The notes: a model not told the origin generated them from the sequence alone. A stretch of DNA of 64,000 bases from Candidatus Aenigmatarchaeota archaeon (GCA_039000425.1 JAWBPV010000001.1:67240-131239), one strand, 5' to 3'; counted from the stretch's first letter, positions 17,411 through 26,377 are shown. Numbers and translations are program-made.

Positions 17411-18064
17411 TTAAGCAGAAGGTGTAACAAATTTGACCCAACCCTTTCCATTTTTTTCTATTCTTTGAATCCTTATCCCCCTTCTTATACAATGAGTTAA
17501 AAAGCCTCTGAGAGCAGATTCTGTTATACCAAGTCGGTTAGCGAGGTCTGTATAGCTCATCTCTCCTACTTCTTTAACAATTTCTTCTACTTGTCTCATT
17601 CTAGGTGTGGGTGGTAATTGAGACTCAATTAAATTTATTTGTGTTAGCATTTGAGTTCGTATAGGCTCAGGTGCCTTTCTGGCAATACCTTGAAGAGATA
17701 AAAGGGAATTTTCAATAACTTCAAAATGTTTCATAGTAAGTTCATCGTGTGATTTCACTATATCCCTTATCGATTCTAAAATTTCTAATATTCTCTTTGG
17801 GTCTCCAAAATTAGCAATAAACCATTCTTTAGAAGCCATTTGTGATTCTATACGAACTAAGGCAGATTCTATTTCTTTGATGGATCTTCCAGTGTATCCT
17901 GCAGCTAGACCAAGCTGTAAAGCCTCTTTTTCTAGCTTGATTGAAGAAATTTCTTCTGATTGATTGATTGATTGAGTGATTGATTGATTGAGTGATTCTG
18001 ATTTAATCGCTTGAATCGGTATTTTTTTCTTAAATAATCCTAATATACGATCCAAAATTCCCAT
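17411..18064 (-). CDS. Protein with N-terminal amphipathic helix, coiled coil and C-terminal wHTH (217 aa)
   Basis: Starts MGILDRILGLFKKK; QSITQSINQS linker; heptad-like middle; MSYTDLANRLGITESALRGFL HTH and KNGKGWV wing. Confidence 0.75.
   Translation of the reverse strand: MGILDRILGLFKKKIPIQAIKSESLNQSITQSINQSEEISSIKLEKEALQLGLAAGYTGRSIKEIESALVRIESQMASKEWFIANFGDPKRILEILESIRDIVKSHDELTMKHFEVIENSLLSLQGIARKAPEPIRTQMLTQINLIESQLPPTPRMRQVEEIVKEVGEMSYTDLANRLGITESALRGFLTHCIRRGIRIQRIEKNGKGWVKFVTPSA
17957..17996. repeat. Tetranucleotide tandem repeat (TGAT/TGAG)x10 inside a CDS
   Basis: Read directly: (tgat)4 tgag (tgat)3 tgag tgat. Confidence 0.9.
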
Positions 18065-18108
18065 GAATTGTATATTATCTTTAAAGTATTTAACTCTTAC
18101 TTTTTTAA

Positions 18109-18408
18109 TATTCTCACTTTTCAATTTAAAGTGTTTTTTATCTTATTCTCACTTTATTCTAAAGTGTTTTTTATATTTTTATGAAAATATGTTATTAAAA
18201 ATATGTTTTATAAGATAGTTTACTCAACAACTCTCACTTTTTTATAAAAAGCTTTTTTAAAAATTTTGTTTGTTACTTTATATAAATTTTTGTAAATATT
18301 TTACAAAGAATAAAACATAAAATATATTATTTAGATATTTATTTACATTTAAACATATTTAATAAAATATTTTTTATTAAATATACTTTTCTTTTACAAC
18401 TCTCACTT
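18109..18408. repeat. Repeated TCTCACTT boxes in an AT-rich non-coding region
   Basis: TATTCTCACTTT-N-TAAAGTGTTTTTTAT at about 18109-18141 and 18144-18174; ACAACTCTCACTT at 18227-18239 and 18396-18408. Confidence 0.75.
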
Positions 18409-18771
18409 CTTACAATTGCACAATATTTTTTAAATTTTTGGCGCACTTTATTTGAACACACCAATTATTCTATATTTTCAAAAGAAATACAAAATTAAAA
18501 AATTTTAACGAATAATAAAGCCTAAATTTTATTTTCAAAACAAAATATGACATAAATTTTTTATTCTTTGGCTTTTTGATGTGTTGTCGTTGAACAATTT
18601 TTTTTAAAATAATCATATCGATTTTTCAGTATATCAATTTAACGCCTAGAGAAAAATTAATGGAAAAAATTAATAGAAATGCTCAGTCGACACAATTCAA
18701 ATGATTTTTTAATCTAAAATTTGCTCAGTCTTTCCCGAAAATTGGCGCAATTATAAGAAAAAAGGTCATTT

Positions 18772-18799
18772 TTTACGTATAATCATTCTTATACGAACC
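18772..18799. other. dif: dif-like Xer recombination site (11-6-11)
   Basis: TTTACGTATAA TCATTC TTATACGAACC. The reverse-complement arm GGTTCGTATAA matches the E. coli XerC arm GGTGCGCATAA at 9/11; xerA is 1.5 kb away. Confidence 0.7.
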
Positions 18800-18940
18800 C
18801 ATTTTTCAGGATTTTTTTGAATGTTATTTGAATATAATTTTCAAAATTTTTACAAAAAAACGGGTACTTAAAGTTATCGGTTAAGTTTATATTAACCGGT
18901 ATCATAGAATAATACAAAATTTAAAATAGGAGGGGTAAAT

Positions 18941-18988
18941 ATGCCGAAGAAGAAGAAAAAGGAAGAAGAACAAACTACCTCTTCATAA
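18941..18988 (+). CDS. Putative 15-aa micro-peptide MPKKKKKEEEQTTSS
   Basis: ATG preceded by a strong SD-like AGGAGGGGT; TATA-like TTTATAT about 50 nt upstream. Confidence 0.35.
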   Translation: MPKKKKKEEEQTTSS

Positions 18989-19011
18989 ATTCTTTCCATT
19001 TTTAATTTTTT

Positions 19012-20217
19012 TTAACAAACACTAAGCTTTCCTTCTACCAAAAGTTTACAAAAACTCTGAATGTTTTCCAGCCTATCCTGAACAATTTCTTCAACTTCTT
19101 TATTTATTCTCTGAAAATCGTTTTTATTCTCCGGTATATATTGAACTATTGCAACTTTTGGATCATTTATCGGTCTTCCTATCTCGCTCAAAAGCCAAAC
19201 ATAAACTTCTTTTAACCCATTAACTTTTGAAAAAATTTTATTTGCAATATCATGGCTCAGTAAATTATAAATCTTGCCAACATGGCTAACTGGATTTTTA
19301 CCGGGGCCTGCTTCATTTCCTGCGGGCCTATTCAATGAGATAACACCATTAACTCTATTACCCCTTCCAACTTGTCCAGAGTCAGCGGCTTCAGCACACG
19401 TTCCAGTAACAGTCAAGTATAAACCGTTTTCCCCTTTTCCTCTCTGGTCTAAAGCATTAAGCTTAACACTGCTAAGCTTAAGTTCACAGTGAGTTTTTAC
19501 AAAACCCTTTATCTCTTCTAACATTTCTTCTTTTCTCTTGAAATAAGTTTCTTCTGAATCTATGAAACGATCAACTATAGCCATCGCAACTGTTAAATCT
19601 ATGGTATCGTTGGTCCTCAAACCCATTATTTTTATATCTTCACCGGATTCGGGGTGTTGTTTTTTAAAATCTTTAGAATTTAAAAATTTTTCAAGTTCTA
19701 AAACTATTCTTTCAGTTGATGTTAGTGGTGCGTAACCTACTACAGCAGATGTATCGTTCGCTCCCAATATACCTTCTTCCTTCTTGAAAATTTCGGTTAA
19801 AGCTGCTGAAGTTTGTTTCAATTCAATCTGGTATTCCACATGCCTTTCAACATCTAAAAACCTCAAGTTTTCTTTAAACCATTCTTTTGCTGTTTTAATT
19901 GCTATAGAATTTATGTCTATAACTTCACCGGCCACAGAATATGTTGCTCTATCACCAATTATAAGTTTCATTGGCTTCAAAACCTTACCACCACCGAATT
20001 TATTTTCTGCCTCTCCTGCGGACAACAAAGCCTTATCTATGTTGTGGTGTAAAATTTTACCGAATTTCTTAAAGTATTCCTTACTCAAAGCTATTGAAAT
20101 TCTATCTACTATGGAATCACAAATGTAATCTGGATGCCCTAAACCCTTTCTCTCAACTATTTCTGTCCTTTGTTCGTAAACAGGAATTGATCTCAATTTT
20201 TCTACAAGAATTTTCAT
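19012..20217 (-). CDS. mat: Archaeal-type S-adenosylmethionine synthetase
   Basis: EIVERKGLGHPDYICD, HHNIDK, ANDTS, GEDIKIMG, DSGQVGRGNR, GKNPVSHVGKIYN. Confidence 0.96.
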   Translation of the reverse strand: MKILVEKLRSIPVYEQRTEIVERKGLGHPDYICDSIVDRISIALSKEYFKKFGKILHHNIDKALLSAGEAENKFGGGKVLKPMKLIIGDRATYSVAGEVIDINSIAIKTAKEWFKENLRFLDVERHVEYQIELKQTSAALTEIFKKEEGILGANDTSAVVGYAPLTSTERIVLELEKFLNSKDFKKQHPESGEDIKIMGLRTNDTIDLTVAMAIVDRFIDSEETYFKRKEEMLEEIKGFVKTHCELKLSSVKLNALDQRGKGENGLYLTVTGTCAEAADSGQVGRGNRVNGVISLNRPAGNEAGPGKNPVSHVGKIYNLLSHDIANKIFSKVNGLKEVYVWLLSEIGRPINDPKVAIVQYIPENKNDFQRINKEVEEIVQDRLENIQSFCKLLVEGKLSVC

Positions 20218-20291
20218 TGTTTTATAATATAGTATGTGGCTATTAAATAGCTTTATGAAATTTTATACAAACTAATGACAATAAAATAAAC

Positions 20292-21104
20292 ATGAATGAA
20301 CTCCAAAAATTGGAAAATGAACTCAAGTTGAGAGGGTTTTCTGAAAGAACGATCAAGATGTATTTATTCTACAATCAAAAATTCTTAGAGTTTGTAAACA
20401 AGAAACCAGAAGAAGTTGTTGAGGATGACATAAAAGCTTTCATTGCCAAAAAGATGGAGAAAGGTATTTCAGCCAAATCTATTGTTTTAATAAAAGCCGC
20501 ATTGAAATTCTTCTACGATGAAATATTAAAAAAGAACATCGTGAACTTCAAATCACCCAAAATTCCAAAAAAATTACCAACAGTTCTAACTAGAGAAGAA
20601 GTGAGAAAACTTATTGAAGTTATAGACAATGAAAAGCACAAGCTAATGGTGATGATGCTCTACTCTTCCGGTTTAAGGTTGAGTGAATTGATAAACTTAA
20701 AAGTAGAAGATTTGGAGTTAAAAGAAAAAATTGGTTGGGTAAGAACTGGTAAAGGTGAAAAAGATAGGGCTTTCATAATTTCTGAAAAAGTTTTGGAAAA
20801 GCTGGAAAAGTTTATTGTCGGGAAGAATCCTTCTGATTATTTGTTCAATGGTAGAAATGGTAAGTTATCTCCTCGTGCCATACAAAAAATAGTCTCGAAC
20901 GCGGCGAAAAAAGCTGGAATAGCCAAAAAAGTAAGCCCACATACTTTACGACATAGTTTCGCTACACACTTGTTGGAATCTGGGGAAAATATAAGGAAAA
21001 TTCAAGAGCTTTTAGGCCATTCTTCCCTCAATACAACCCAAGTTTATACCCATATCTCTATAGAAGAGATTAAAAAAGTCAAAAGCCCTCTCGATAATTT
21101 TTAA
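20292..21104 (+). CDS. xerA: Tyrosine recombinase XerA
   Basis: Full catalytic set: SGLRLSE, GKGEKDR, HTLRHSFATH, LGH...TTQVY; N-terminal SAM-like domain; no phage or plasmid genes nearby. Confidence 0.9.
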   Translation: MNELQKLENELKLRGFSERTIKMYLFYNQKFLEFVNKKPEEVVEDDIKAFIAKKMEKGISAKSIVLIKAALKFFYDEILKKNIVNFKSPKIPKKLPTVLTREEVRKLIEVIDNEKHKLMVMMLYSSGLRLSELINLKVEDLELKEKIGWVRTGKGEKDRAFIISEKVLEKLEKFIVGKNPSDYLFNGRNGKLSPRAIQKIVSNAAKKAGIAKKVSPHTLRHSFATHLLESGENIRKIQELLGHSSLNTTQVYTHISIEEIKKVKSPLDNF

Positions 21105-21395
21105 TTACCTTTTCTCCGCTGGTTTAAGTTTCAATAGTTTAGAATAAGTCAAATCAAAAGCTTTTGCTATTTCTAGGCCTAGCTCCGTCAACTTTACTAT
21201 TTTTATCCTTCCCTTCTTCTCGAAACTAACCAACCCAAAACTTTTGAAGAAATCTAGAAGCTTGACTGTGTGGGAATAAGTAAGGTCAACTTCTTTTGCT
21301 AATATAGTAGCATATTTTGGTTCATTTTTCAAACTCATTATGAGTTTAACAGGTTTTTGTCTCAAGAACAAATTCAAAACAGATTTCTCTTTCAT
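21105..21395 (-). CDS. MarR-like winged-helix protein
   Basis: YATILAKEVDLTYSHTVKLL...KKGRIKIVKLTELG. Confidence 0.85.
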   Translation of the reverse strand: MKEKSVLNLFLRQKPVKLIMSLKNEPKYATILAKEVDLTYSHTVKLLDFFKSFGLVSFEKKGRIKIVKLTELGLEIAKAFDLTYSKLLKLKPAEKR

Positions 21396-21499
21396 ATCCT
21401 CACACTCTGAAAAAATATTATTATTCGTTCATATTTATATTTTAAAAATTATGTTCGAAAAGAAATATTTATGTTTGCGTAAAATCTAAATAACATCGC

Positions 21500-22348
21500 G
21501 TGTTAAATATGATATTAGTGAGAAAACCTGTTGGGGCCGGAAGTTTTTATCATTCTGAACAAGAAGCTCTTAAAAAACAAATTTCCGAATGTTTTACCCA
21601 TAGAATTGGTCCGAAAAGCTTTAAGAGACAAGAATTTTTGGCCGCAATCGTACCACACGCTGGTTATATGTATTCCGGACCGGTTGCTGCTTGGGTCTAC
21701 TCGAGGATAGAAAAAGCAAACTATATCATACTTGGCCCGAATCACACGGGTGTTGGTGCTCAATTTTCTTTGATGAAAAGTGGTTTGTGGAAAACTCCAC
21801 TCGGAGAGGTTGCAATCCAGGAAGAAGTTGCAGAAAAAATTTTGAAAGAGAGTAAAGTTTTGGAACAAGATGTTTTGGCCCATCAGTATGAGCATTCTAT
21901 TGAAGTTCAACTTCCATTTTTACAATACAGGTTTGGTGGAGATTTCAAATTCATACCAATAAGTATTTTAAATGAATTTGCCGATGACATGTTATTGGAA
22001 AGTTGTAGAGAAATTGGTAAATGTATTGCAAGTGTGTTGAAAAAAGAGAAGGATAAGTGGATTGTTTTGGCAAGTTCAGATTTTTCACATTATGTCCCAC
22101 AAAAAACAGCAAAGAAGATTGATTTGGGTTTAATAGAAGAGATTGAAAAATTGAACGAGAAGAAGTTTTTCGAAAAAATAATGGAAAAAAATGCAAGCGT
22201 GTGTGGGTTTGGTGCCATAGCTGTTGCTATCGTTGTTGCTAAAGAATTACATGCTAAAAAAGGTGAATTACTCAAATACGCTACTTCCGGTGATGTCAGT
22301 GGAGATATGGGATCTGTAGTTGGATACGCTTCTGTTGTAATTTATTAA
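21500..22348 (+). CDS. amrB: MEMO1 family protein (AmmeMemoRadiSam protein B)
   Basis: AGSFY, PHAGYMYSG, GPNH, EHSIEVQLPF, ASSDFSHY, SVCG, VVGYAS. Confidence 0.93.
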   Translation: MLNMILVRKPVGAGSFYHSEQEALKKQISECFTHRIGPKSFKRQEFLAAIVPHAGYMYSGPVAAWVYSRIEKANYIILGPNHTGVGAQFSLMKSGLWKTPLGEVAIQEEVAEKILKESKVLEQDVLAHQYEHSIEVQLPFLQYRFGGDFKFIPISILNEFADDMLLESCREIGKCIASVLKKEKDKWIVLASSDFSHYVPQKTAKKIDLGLIEEIEKLNEKKFFEKIMEKNASVCGFGAIAVAIVVAKELHAKKGELLKYATSGDVSGDMGSVVGYASVVIY

Positions 22349-22368
22349 TTTAAGATGAATTGTGAAAT

Positions 22369-24015
22369 ATGGAAGAAGTTATATTGAAGCATGCCTTGAT
22401 AAATGCTTTAGAGCACGAAGGTAAAGCTGAAGTACAGGCTGTAATCAAGAGGGTTTTGGGTGAAAGACCTGAATTAAAAGAAAATGTTAAACAACTCATA
22501 GGTAAAGTGGAAAGAATAGTTGAAGAGGTTAACTCTCTCTCATATCAAGAACAAAAGAAAAAGTTGGATTTATTGGGAATAGAAATTGAGAAGAAGAAAA
22601 CAAAACCATTTGAATTACCGGAACTAAAAGGAGCTGAAATGGGAAAAGTAGTAACAGCTTTTCCTCCAGAACCAAGTAAGTATCCTCACATAGGACATGC
22701 AAAAGCAGCTTTACTAAATTTCTTATACGCAAAAAAATATAACGGAAAATTCATCTTGAGGTTTGAAGATACGAATCCTGAAATGGTAGAAAAAAAATAT
22801 TACAAAGCCATCGTAGAAGGGTTGAAATGGTTGGGTATTAATTGGGATGAAGTAGATTATTCTTCTAAACATTTGGAAGAATTCTACAAAACTACTGAAA
22901 AATTAATAGTGGGGGGTAAAGCGTATGTTTGTTTATGTAAAAAAGAGGTTATAAGGAAAAACCGTGCCCTAAAGAAAGAATGTAAACATAGAAAGCAAGA
23001 AGTGGAAGAAAATCTTGAATTATGGAAAAGGATGGAAGATTTTGAAGAAGGAAAAGTTGTTGTAAGGTTGAAAATAGACATGCAACACTCTAACACAACG
23101 ATGAGAGATCCGTCGATAATGAGGATAGTTGAAGCCCCACATCCGTTGACTGGAAAAAAATACAAGATTTGGCCAACTTACGATTTTGGAACTTCTTTGA
23201 TGGATGTTTGGGAAGGTATAACACATAGATTCAGGAGCAAAGAATTTGAAATAAGGAAAGAGTTACAACAATACATTCAAAAATTGCTTGGATATAGATC
23301 TCCATACATAATGGAGTTTGGAAGACTTAATTTAAGAGGTGTTCCCAGTTCTGGAAGAATTATAAGGAGTATGATTAGCAAGGGGAAATTGATGGGGTGG
23401 GACGATCCAAGATTAACGACACTCATAGCCTTAAAAAGGAGGGGATTTCATCCGGAAGGTATTAAAAATTTCATTTTATCAACTGGGATTTCAAAAGCTG
23501 AAGGAACTGTGAGTTGGGAAGTATTGGAAGCGGAGAACAGGAAAATTTTGGATCCAGTCGCAAATAGATACATGGTTGTTTTGGATCCTGTGAAGCTATC
23601 AGTAAGAAATTCACCGGAAATTAATAGTGTGGAAATAAACTTACATCCAAACTTTCCAGAAAGAGGAAAGAGAAAAGTGTTTGTTGACATGAAAGAGATT
23701 TTCATAGAAAAAGAGGATTATAAAAATTTTAGGGGAAAGGAGGTTGGTTTGATGTACCTTGCAACCATAAAACTAGATGCTAAACCTGTTTTCATTTCAA
23801 AAGATGTGCCTTTAGATTTGCCAAAAATCCATTGGTGTTCTAAACCCAACGTTAAAGTTAAAATCGTGATGCCAAACGGTAATATCAAAGAAGCTGTTGG
23901 TGAGTATGAAATCAGAAAATTGAAAAAAGATCAAATAATTCAAATGCCAAGAGTTGGATTTGCTAGAGTTGATAAACCATATAAGGATATAATTTTATAT
24001 TACACTCATAAATAA
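22369..24015 (+). CDS. gltX: Glutamate--tRNA ligase
   Basis: FPPEPSKYPHIGH, RFEDTNP, WPTYDF, GWDDPRL. Confidence 0.95.
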   Translation: MEEVILKHALINALEHEGKAEVQAVIKRVLGERPELKENVKQLIGKVERIVEEVNSLSYQEQKKKLDLLGIEIEKKKTKPFELPELKGAEMGKVVTAFPPEPSKYPHIGHAKAALLNFLYAKKYNGKFILRFEDTNPEMVEKKYYKAIVEGLKWLGINWDEVDYSSKHLEEFYKTTEKLIVGGKAYVCLCKKEVIRKNRALKKECKHRKQEVEENLELWKRMEDFEEGKVVVRLKIDMQHSNTTMRDPSIMRIVEAPHPLTGKKYKIWPTYDFGTSLMDVWEGITHRFRSKEFEIRKELQQYIQKLLGYRSPYIMEFGRLNLRGVPSSGRIIRSMISKGKLMGWDDPRLTTLIALKRRGFHPEGIKNFILSTGISKAEGTVSWEVLEAENRKILDPVANRYMVVLDPVKLSVRNSPEINSVEINLHPNFPERGKRKVFVDMKEIFIEKEDYKNFRGKEVGLMYLATIKLDAKPVFISKDVPLDLPKIHWCSKPNVKVKIVMPNGNIKEAVGEYEIRKLKKDQIIQMPRVGFARVDKPYKDIILYYTHK

Positions 24016-24033
24016 AGTAATAAAGGTGAAATT

Positions 24034-24402
24034 GTGCCGAAGAGTTACGTTAAATTTGAAGTACCAAAAGATTTAAAATCTAAGATACTGCAAGTAATGG
24101 AAATTTCGAGAAATAGTGGAAAGATAAAGAAAGGTATGAACGAAACCACAAAAGCCATAGAAAGAGGTATTGCTCAATTTGTAGTGATAGCAGAAGATGT
24201 GGATCCTGAAGAAATAGTAATGCACTTGCCAGTACTTTGTGAAGAAAAGAAAATACCCTATGGGTATGTTTCAAGTAAACAAGAACTTGGAAGGGCTGTT
24301 GGTATTGACGTGGCTTGTGCTGCAGCCTGCATCGTAGATCCTGGTGAAGCGAAAGATGATTTGAAGGAAATAATCGATAAATTGAACAGTCTTAAGGGTT
24401 AA
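24034..24402 (+). CDS. rpl7ae: 50S ribosomal protein L7Ae
   Basis: [34 protein letters not shown]. Confidence 0.97.
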   Translation: MPKSYVKFEVPKDLKSKILQVMEISRNSGKIKKGMNETTKAIERGIAQFVVIAEDVDPEEIVMHLPVLCEEKKIPYGYVSSKQELGRAVGIDVACAAACIVDPGEAKDDLKEIIDKLNSLKG

Positions 24403-24403
24403 A

Positions 24404-24613
24404 ATGTTGGATAAATCTTTTCCAGCAGAAGTTCTACAAATACTAGAAAGAAGTGGTGCAAGAGGTGTGACACAAGTTAGATGTAAAGTTTTAGAAGGAC
24501 CCGACAAAGGCAAGATTTTAATAAGGAACGTGATAGGGCCTGTTAGAGTTGGAGATATATTGATGTTAAGGGAAACTGAAATGGAAACTGCAGCAAAGCT
24601 GGTTGAAAGGTGA
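24404..24613 (+). CDS. rps28e: 30S ribosomal protein S28e
   Basis: [27 protein letters not shown]. Confidence 0.95.
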   Translation: MLDKSFPAEVLQILERSGARGVTQVRCKVLEGPDKGKILIRNVIGPVRVGDILMLRETEMETAAKLVER

Positions 24614-24618
24614 AATTT

Positions 24619-24777
24619 GTGAGGTGTTCTTTTTGTAATTCCCTTATAAAATTTGGAAGTGGAAAAATGTTTGTAAAAGTAAGTGGAGAAATATTTTACT
24701 TTTGTAGTTCAAAATGTGAAAAGAATTTTATGATGGGGAGAAATCCAAAAAAACTTAAATGGACTAAAAAGAAATGA
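24619..24777 (+). CDS. rpl24e: 50S ribosomal protein L24e (not in the ORF track)
   Basis: GTG start; [49 protein letters not shown]; conserved L7Ae-S28e-L24e order. Confidence 0.95.
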   Translation: MRCSFCNSLIKFGSGKMFVKVSGEIFYFCSSKCEKNFMMGRNPKKLKWTKKK

Positions 24778-24778
24778 T

Positions 24779-24876
24779 GGGCCGGTAGATCAATGGTAGA
24801 TCGCTTCCTTAAATATGGAAAAGGCATGAGATTTTCTGCTATGAAGAGGCTCCGGGTTCGAATCCCGGCCGGTCCA
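24779..24876 (+). tRNA. tRNA-Ala(GGC) with two introns (33/34: 24811-24822; 39/40: 24829-24842)
   Basis: Acceptor GGGCCGG/CCGGTCC-A with G3:U70; T arm CCGGG TTCGAAT CCCGG. Removing both introns gives CTTCC TT GGC AT GGAAG; both have BHB central helices. Confidence 0.9.
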
Positions 24877-24946
24877 TGTTTATCGACAAACTCAGAATAT
24901 CTTTTAAAAACTTAAGAAGACGAATTAATTGTTATGGTGATATTAA

Positions 24947-25498
24947 ATGGGAGTTACCAGAGTCAAAGTAGAAAGTGAAGTTGAAAAACCGAAAAAGGAA
25001 AAAATAGAGAAAAGACCTTTGCCAAAAAAAGAAGTAAAGTTAATAGTTAGAGTCGCAAATACAGATCTCAACGGAGAAAAACCTTTGAGGAATGCACTTT
25101 TGGGTATAAAAGGAATAAGTCATGCTATGAGCAAAGCTGTTTGCGTAGCTGCAGGTTTTGATCCAAATAGAAAACTTGGAAGTTTAAGTGAAGAAGAAGT
25201 GGCAAAATTGGAAGAAGTTATAAAGAACCCCATAAAGTTTGGTATACCTTCTTGGCTTCTTAACAGGAGAAGAGATCCAGAAACAGGATTAGACTATCAT
25301 TTAACTGGAACTGATCTGGAAATGACGAGAAAGTTGGATATTCAAAAGATGATTGAATTAAAGAGTTATAAAGGTGTTAGACATATGTATGGTCTACCTG
25401 TTAGAGGCCAGAGGACTAGAAGCTCTTTTAGGAAAGGTAAGACTGTTGGAGTTGTGAAAAGGTCTGTTAAAGTTTCTCAAGAAAAAAGTAAGAAGTGA
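24947..25498 (+). CDS. rps13: 30S ribosomal protein S13
   Basis: WLLNRRRD, YKGVRHMYGLPVRGQRTRS. Confidence 0.97.
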   Translation: MGVTRVKVESEVEKPKKEKIEKRPLPKKEVKLIVRVANTDLNGEKPLRNALLGIKGISHAMSKAVCVAAGFDPNRKLGSLSEEEVAKLEEVIKNPIKFGIPSWLLNRRRDPETGLDYHLTGTDLEMTRKLDIQKMIELKSYKGVRHMYGLPVRGQRTRSSFRKGKTVGVVKRSVKVSQEKSKK

Positions 25499-25504
25499 TA
25501 AAAA

Positions 25505-25954
25505 ATGAGGAGATTGAAGAAGAAATACGAAAAACCTAGAAGGCCTTGGGATAAAGAAAGAATAGAGAAGGAGAAGGAGCTTATGAAAAAATTTGGTTTG
25601 AAAAGAAAAAAAGAACTTTGGAGAGCAGAGGCGATACTCAGGAAATACAGGAGAATTGCTAGAAATCTGGTTGGTAAAAAAGATGAAAAAAAGGAGAAAA
25701 TTTTGATAGATAAATTGAAGAAAATGGGTTTTTTGAAAGATGGTAATAGCATCGATGATGTTCTTTCTTTAACTGTTGAAAATATCTTGGAAAGAAGGTT
25801 ACAAACCATAGTTTTTATGAAAGGATTTGCCAATTCAATTAAACACGCGAGGCAATTGATAACACACGGGCATGTTAAGGTTAATGGTAGAAAAATTCAA
25901 TACCCGAGTTATTTGGTTCCAATCGCTGAAGAAGATAAAATAGAAGTTGGGTGA
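25505..25954 (+). CDS. rps4: 30S ribosomal protein S4
   Basis: [29 protein letters not shown]. Confidence 0.97.
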   Translation: MRRLKKKYEKPRRPWDKERIEKEKELMKKFGLKRKKELWRAEAILRKYRRIARNLVGKKDEKKEKILIDKLKKMGFLKDGNSIDDVLSLTVENILERRLQTIVFMKGFANSIKHARQLITHGHVKVNGRKIQYPSYLVPIAEEDKIEVG

Positions 25955-26346
25955 AAGTTGTGAAAGAAAAATGGGGTATTGCTCACATCTTATCAACTTC
26001 GAACAATACGATAATCCACATAACAGACCTAACAGGAGCAGAAACTATAGCGAGAGTTTCAGCGGGAATGATGACAGACAAAGATAGGGAAGGTGGAATG
26101 CCTTTTCCGGCTATGTTAGCAGCAAAAAAAGCCGCAGAAATTGCTTTAGCCAAAGGCATAGTCGGTGTACATATAAGAGTAAGAGGTAAAGGTGGTGTCA
26201 AATCCAAAGCCCCTGGGCAAGGAGCACAACCAGCCATACGGGCTCTCGCAAGAGCTGGTCTTAAGATCGGGATGATAGAAGACGTGACACCGATTCCACA
26301 CGGCTACATGAGACCGAAAGGTGGTAGGAGGGGGAGGAGAGTTTAA
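25951..26346 (+). CDS. rps11: 30S ribosomal protein S11
   Basis: [38 protein letters not shown]. Confidence 0.97.
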   Translation: MKVVKEKWGIAHILSTSNNTIIHITDLTGAETIARVSAGMMTDKDREGGMPFPAMLAAKKAAEIALAKGIVGVHIRVRGKGGVKSKAPGQGAQPAIRALARAGLKIGMIEDVTPIPHGYMRPKGGRRGRRV

Positions 26347-26377
26347 ATTTAATGAAAACTAATGATAAGGTGAAAAA

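Noticed and set aside
18065-18940. Canonical Orc1/Cdc6 origin
   Set aside because: No ORB consensus (TCCA-N-TGGAA with G-string) seen and no cdc6 nearby. Kept only as a non-canonical candidate.
20292-21104. Tyrosine recombinase as an integron or proviral integrase
   Set aside because: No IntI-specific insertion, attC cassettes, viral genes or tRNA-end duplication seen. Size and context fit chromosomal XerA.
13485-21459. Shared TTCGAACA/TGTTCGAA word upstream of the amrS and amrB regions
   Set aside because: Only 8 bp and adjacent to BRE/TATA-like elements; not distinguishable from chance.
24836-24838. In-register TGC in the tRNA-Ala insert, suggesting alternative splicing to an Ala(TGC) isoacceptor
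   Set aside because: TGCT is explained as the BHB strand pairing with GGCA. The single-intron product would have U37 and a C31-U39 mismatch.
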